This document shows positions 59,970 through 64,000 of a DNA stretch of 64,000 nucleotides, in pieces; position 1 is the first letter of the stretch; each line of letters opens with the position of its first letter. The stretch is from the sequence record NZ_LR134454.1; one strand, written 5' to 3'. The DNA comes from a plasmid. Made by a program: the position numbers and the translations under genes. The notes below the pieces were generated by a model. The model saw nothing but the letters and a program-made list of their open reading frames with translations, searched no databases and was not told the DNA's origin.

Positions 59970-62006
59970 TCAGATCTTGATCGCGGGGATGAGCCGGTCG
60001 AGGTTCCAGAGCCGGTTCCGCCGGGCGGAGAGGCACGAGACCGTCACGGACGCGACCCACAGGAACACCAGCACCGCGATCGCCTGCCAGAGGCGGTTGT
60101 CGATGCCGCCCAGGATCAGCTGCCGCAAACCGTTGACGCCGTACGTCATCGGGTCGTACTTGTGCAGGATCTGGAAGGGTCTGGCGGTGGTCTCCACCGG
60201 ATACATGCCGCCGGAGCTCACCAGCTGCAGCATCAGCAGCGCCATGATGAGCACGCGGCCGACGGCGGGCCCGACGAAGGCGTTCACCGCCTGGGTGAAC
60301 GCGATGAAGGACAGCGATACCCCCATCATGAAGAACACCATCGCGACGGGATGGGCCACCTCGAGGCCCAGCCCGAAGCGCACCACGCAGTACAGGATCG
60401 CCGCCTGGAACAGGCCGATCGCGGCCGCGGGCAGGTAGCTCGCCATGACCACGCGGATCGCCAGCACCTCGGCGGCGATGGCGCGGTTCTGCAACGGCCG
60501 GAACACCATCCACAGCACCAGCGCGCCGAAGAACAGTGCCAGCGTGAGGAAGAAGGGCGCCATGCCGGTGCCGAAGTTCGGGGCGCGGTTCTCGTGCTGC
60601 GCGTCCAGCTGGACGGGGCCGCCGATGGTCTGCGCGACCTGCGAGGTCTGCTCCTGCGACCACTTGGGCACGGCGCCCGCGCCCTCGCGCAGCTTGGTCG
60701 ACAGCTCCTGGCTGCCGTCGCGCAACTGCACCGTACCGGCCGAGAGCCGGGTGGCGCCGTCGGACAGCTGCGTGATGCCGTCGTCGAGCGTGGCGTTGCC
60801 CGCGGCGAGTTGCTGCGCGCCCGACCGCAGTTCGGTGAGCTTGGCGGTGAGGTCCCCGCCGGTGGCGCCGACCTGGGCGAGCACCGTCTGCAGGGGGCTG
60901 CCGGGCGTGCGGAGCTGCTCGGTCATCGTCGCGGCGGCACCGGCCGCTGCGGTGATCTGCTGCTTGGCCGCGGGCGTCACCGACGCCTGCGCGAGCTGCG
61001 CGCGAACCGCGCGCAGGCCCTCGGCGGACTGCCGTGCCACCGGGTCGGGGCTGGCGGCGAGCTGCCTGATCGCGGCGTCGATCCCCGCCAGCGCGGTGTC
61101 CTGCGTCTTGACGAAGACGCCGGCCTTGTCGGCGGCCTCGACGAGTGCGGCTGCGCTCTGCTGCAGCTGCGCAGTGTTCCCGCCCAGCCCGGACAGCGCC
61201 TTCGTCACGGCGAGAAGGGGATCCGTGGCCTGGGTGATCCCGTCGGAGAGCTGCTGCGAGCCCGCGCGCAGCTGGGCCGAGCCGGTCTTCGCGGTCCCGA
61301 GGCCCGAGGCGAGCTGGGCGGCACCGTCGTTCGCGGTCACGAGACCGTCGTGGAGTTTCCCGGCCCCGTCGGCGGCCTGCTCGATCCCGGACCCGGCGGT
61401 GATCATCATCGACAGCACCTGGTTCACCGCCTGCCCGGAGACCCGGGTGGAGACGGCGTTGAGGACCTGCGACATCGCGGTCTGGCCGATGGTGGAGCTG
61501 ATGTAGTTGTTGGCGTCGTTGTACACCGCTTGCAGCTGCGCCTTCTCGGGCTTGCCGCTCATCGGGGAGGCGATGGCGGCGGAGAAGTTCTCCGGCAGCT
61601 CCAGCATGAAGTAGTAGGTGCCGTCCTTGACGCCCTGCTGCGCCTCGGCGGGGGAGACGATGTTCCAGTCCAGGCTCTTGTCGTCGGCGAGCGACTTCTC
61701 GACCTCGGCGCCCGCGTTGATCTTCTGGCCCTTGACCTCGGTCCCCTTGTCGGCGTTGACGAGCGCGACCGGCATCTTGTTGACGTGGCCGAACGGATCC
61801 CAGAACGCCCACAGGTACAGGGCGCCGTAGACCAGCGGCAGCAGCATCATCACGACGATCGCGGCGCGCGTGAGCCGGCTGCGGCCGAAGCGCTTGATCT
61901 CGGATCCGAAGGCGAGGCCGGCGGCGATGGGGACCAGGCTGCCCTTCGAGGAGGCCTTCTTCGCGGGCGTCTTCGCGGGCGTGTCGTCGGAGTTCTTGTC
62001 GGACAT
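59970..62006 (-). CDS. YhgE/Pip-domain membrane protein (phage-infection-protein / ABC-2 permease-like)
   Basis: N-terminal TM, long coiled-coil Ala/Gln-rich extracellular region with repeated ...G.QQL..G. heptad-like units, and a C-terminal 5-TM ABC-2 bundle; 678 aa. Confidence 0.85.
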   Translation of the reverse strand: MSDKNSDDTPAKTPAKKASSKGSLVPIAAGLAFGSEIKRFGRSRLTRAAIVVMMLLPLVYGALYLWAFWDPFGHVNKMPVALVNADKGTEVKGQKINAGAEVEKSLADDKSLDWNIVSPAEAQQGVKDGTYYFMLELPENFSAAIASPMSGKPEKAQLQAVYNDANNYISSTIGQTAMSQVLNAVSTRVSGQAVNQVLSMMITAGSGIEQAADGAGKLHDGLVTANDGAAQLASGLGTAKTGSAQLRAGSQQLSDGITQATDPLLAVTKALSGLGGNTAQLQQSAAALVEAADKAGVFVKTQDTALAGIDAAIRQLAASPDPVARQSAEGLRAVRAQLAQASVTPAAKQQITAAAGAAATMTEQLRTPGSPLQTVLAQVGATGGDLTAKLTELRSGAQQLAAGNATLDDGITQLSDGATRLSAGTVQLRDGSQELSTKLREGAGAVPKWSQEQTSQVAQTIGGPVQLDAQHENRAPNFGTGMAPFFLTLALFFGALVLWMVFRPLQNRAIAAEVLAIRVVMASYLPAAAIGLFQAAILYCVVRFGLGLEVAHPVAMVFFMMGVSLSFIAFTQAVNAFVGPAVGRVLIMALLMLQLVSSGGMYPVETTARPFQILHKYDPMTYGVNGLRQLILGGIDNRLWQAIAVLVFLWVASVTVSCLSARRNRLWNLDRLIPAIKI

Positions 62007-62011
62007 CGGGA

Positions 62012-62680
62012 TCAGTCCTTCCGGGTCAGGGCGCGGCGGTCGTGCAGGGTGTGCTGCGGGGCGGTGCCGCCGAGGGGGTTGGTGACCCCGACGATCACGG
62101 TGTAGCGGGTGGAGACCGCGCCGAGCCGCTGTACGGCCTCGGCGCGTCCTGGGTTGTCGCGGACCTGCTCCAGGTCGCCGACGATGAGGATCGGCCGGTT
62201 CCCCAACAGCGCCAGCGTGATCCGCAGCAGGAACAGCTGCAGGTCGCTGAGCTCGACGATGCGGGTCTTCGGCCCGGGTCGGTCGACGTCACCGAAGACC
62301 TGGTCCATCTCGAGGCTGCCGGCGCTGAGCGGCACCATGGAGTACCAGGGCGCGAGCCAGCGCCGCTGCTCGGCGAGCACGGTCTCGACGGTGACCGAGT
62401 CGTCCAGGTCGTCGATGTCCTCGAAGGCCGCGATGGCGCACTTCTTCCGGATCGCGCCCGGGGTGGTCGCCCCGAGGGCGTTGACGGTGCCGTGGTTCGG
62501 CTTGAGCCGCCCGGCGAGGGTGAGGAGCAGCGCGTCCTGGTCGCGGCCCGCGGGCATCTGCACGGCGTGCAGGCCGGGCCCGAACTCCAGGTCGATGCCC
62601 TGGAACAGGGGGCCGTGCTCCCCGTCGACGCCGATGTTCACCGCCGCGAGCTGTACGTCGTTCGGCTGGTCGTCATCCAT
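62012..62680 (-). CDS. Degenerate ABC-type ATPase-like protein paired with YhgE/Pip
   Basis: ABC-like layout with signature-like LSDLQLFLL and Walker-B-like ILIVGD, but no canonical Walker A P-loop. Start at internal ATG 62680. Confidence 0.5.
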   Translation of the reverse strand: MDDDQPNDVQLAAVNIGVDGEHGPLFQGIDLEFGPGLHAVQMPAGRDQDALLLTLAGRLKPNHGTVNALGATTPGAIRKKCAIAAFEDIDDLDDSVTVETVLAEQRRWLAPWYSMVPLSAGSLEMDQVFGDVDRPGPKTRIVELSDLQLFLLRITLALLGNRPILIVGDLEQVRDNPGRAEAVQRLGAVSTRYTVIVGVTNPLGGTAPQHTLHDRRALTRKD

Positions 62681-62808
62681 GCGGGCTCTCCGGAGGTCGT
62701 CGGCGCAGGTCGGTAGCAATCCTACGGTGGCGGCGCGAGGGTGCGGCGCGCACCGTCGGGCGCGCGGCGGCCGCACGGTCGGGCGCACCGTCGGCCCCGG
62801 GAACGGGC

Positions 62809-62841
62809 GAGGGCGCCCCGACCGGTGGTCGGAGCGCCCTC
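62809..62841. terminator. Nested GC hairpin downstream of the acyl-CoA dehydrogenase gene (minus strand)
   Basis: gagggcgc-cccgaccggtggtcgga-gcgccctc. Confidence 0.4.
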
Positions 62842-62868
62842 GGGGTGCTCGTGGTTACGAGGCGACGA

Positions 62869-64000
62869 TCAGAACGCGGCCTCGTCGAGGTCCATCGCCT
62901 GGTTGTCGATCGCGGCGATGATGTCCTTGGTGCCGGTGAGCAGCGGCAGCATGTTCGCGGCGAAGAACTTCGCGACGCCGACCTTGCCCTCGTAGAAGGA
63001 CTTGTCGGCACCGGTGGCGCCACCGTCGATCTTGGCCTGCGCGACGACGGCCTGGTGCAGCAGGCGCCAGCCGACCATCAGGTCACCGAAGGCCATGAGG
63101 AAGCGCACCGAGCCGAGGCCCACCTTGTACAGCTCCTTGGGCTCCTGCTGCGAGGCGAGCGCGAAACCGGTGAGCGTGGCGGCCATGGCCTGCACGTCCT
63201 CGGCGGCGGTCTTGAGCAGCGCGACGTCGGCGGCGAAGGCGCCACCGGCGTTGGCCTCGATGAACGCGGTGATCTGCCCGGCCACATGGCCCAGCGCGGC
63301 GCCGCGGTCGCGGAGGATCTTGCGGAAGAAGAAGTCCTGCGCCTGGATGGCGGTGGTGCCCTCGTACAGCGAGTCGATCTTCGAGTCGCGGACGTACTGC
63401 TCGATCGGGTAGTCCTGCAGGAAGCCGGAGCCGCCGAAGGTCTGCAGCGACTCGGTGCCGAGCAGCGTGAACGCGCGCTCGGAGCCGACGCCCTTGACGA
63501 TCGGGAGCAGCAGGTCGTTGACCTTGAACGCCATCTCCTCGTCGGCGCCCGAGACGGGGGTCGCGGTGCGGACGTCCTGGTGCGCGGCGGTGTACAGGTA
63601 CACGGCGCGCAGGCCCTCGGCGTACGCCTTCTGCGTGAGCAGCGAGCGGCGCACGTCCGGGTGGTGCGTGATGGTCACGCGCGGCGCGGTCTTGTCGGCC
63701 ATCTGGGTCAGGTCGGCGCCCTGGACGCGCTGCTTGGCGTAGTCGAGCGCGTTGAGGTAGCCGGTCGAGAGGGTGCCGATGGCCTTGGTGCCGACCATCA
63801 TGCGGGCGTGCTCGATGACCTTGAACATCTGCGCGATGCCCTTGATCTCCTCGCCCACGAGCCAGCCCTTGGCGGGCTTGCCGTGGCCGCCGAAGGTGAC
63901 CTCACAGGTGGTGGACGTCTTGATGCCCATCTTGTGCTCGACGCCGGTGACGTAGACGCCGTTCTCCTCGCCGAGGTTGCCCTGCTCGTCGAAGTGGCTT
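62869..64000 (-). CDS. fadE5: Acyl-CoA dehydrogenase (FadE5-like), 3' portion; the gene continues past the window end
   Basis: ACAD C-terminal helical domain with [30 protein letters not shown] (catalytic Glu region) and the C-terminal extension typical of FadE5. Frame open to nt 64000. Confidence 0.8.
   Translation of the reverse strand, partial: SHFDEQGNLGEENGVYVTGVEHKMGIKTSTTCEVTFGGHGKPAKGWLVGEEIKGIAQMFKVIEHARMMVGTKAIGTLSTGYLNALDYAKQRVQGADLTQMADKTAPRVTITHHPDVRRSLLTQKAYAEGLRAVYLYTAAHQDVRTATPVSGADEEMAFKVNDLLLPIVKGVGSERAFTLLGTESLQTFGGSGFLQDYPIEQYVRDSKIDSLYEGTTAIQAQDFFFRKILRDRGAALGHVAGQITAFIEANAGGAFAADVALLKTAAEDVQAMAATLTGFALASQQEPKELYKVGLGSVRFLMAFGDLMVGWRLLHQAVVAQAKIDGGATGADKSFYEGKVGVAKFFAANMLPLLTGTKDIIAAIDNQAMDLDEAAF

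Overview
This 64-kb window comes from a very high-GC mycolic-acid actinobacterium (order Corynebacteriales; the genus cannot be fixed from sequence alone). The right half (about 28-64 kb) follows the gene order of the M. tuberculosis Rv0224c-Rv0244c cell-envelope region, with several insertions relative to it. Recognisable genes there include a methyltransferase, a GT4 glycosyltransferase, Rv0226c/Rv0227c-like membrane proteins, an acyltransferase, aftD, a small secreted protein, lpqI, a TetR regulator, htdX-fabG4, fadA2 and the 3' part of fadE5.

The left half encodes the last module of an NRPS (E-C-A-T-R), pckG and a beta-oxidation-like operon (fadD-type ligase, Ltp-like thiolase, two hotdog hydratase subunits, an SDR and a tandem TetR). 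It also holds a stand-alone DUF2156 protein, a Gly/Ala-rich secreted protein, an FAD monooxygenase, a TPR-CbxX (EccA-like) AAA+ ATPase, a MacB/FtsX ABC exporter, an NDH-2-like oxidoreductase co-transcribed with a SigJ-like ECF sigma factor, and a 700-aa protein built from 29 perfectly phased 12-residue repeats.

My best candidate for an undescribed system is an ~8.6 kb insertion between the Rv0225-like and Rv0226c-like genes. It carries a tightly coupled five-gene operon: two small membrane proteins, a receiver domain fused to a thioredoxin-reductase-like domain that lacks the CxxC dithiol, a cNMP-binding histidine kinase and a zf-UBP protein. A mycothiol-dependent formaldehyde/nitrosothiol dehydrogenase (mscR) and an MBL hydrolase follow directly. 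Other notable items are three copies of an ~85-bp intergenic element carrying paired GGGTATGCG-N5-CGCATACCC palindromes, and an acyltransferase-3 gene whose conserved N-terminal motif lies in frame directly after the YhgE/Pip stop codon with no start codon in between.

No rRNA, tRNA, CRISPR array, transposase or integrase was seen. All calls rest on reading motifs by eye; no searches were run.
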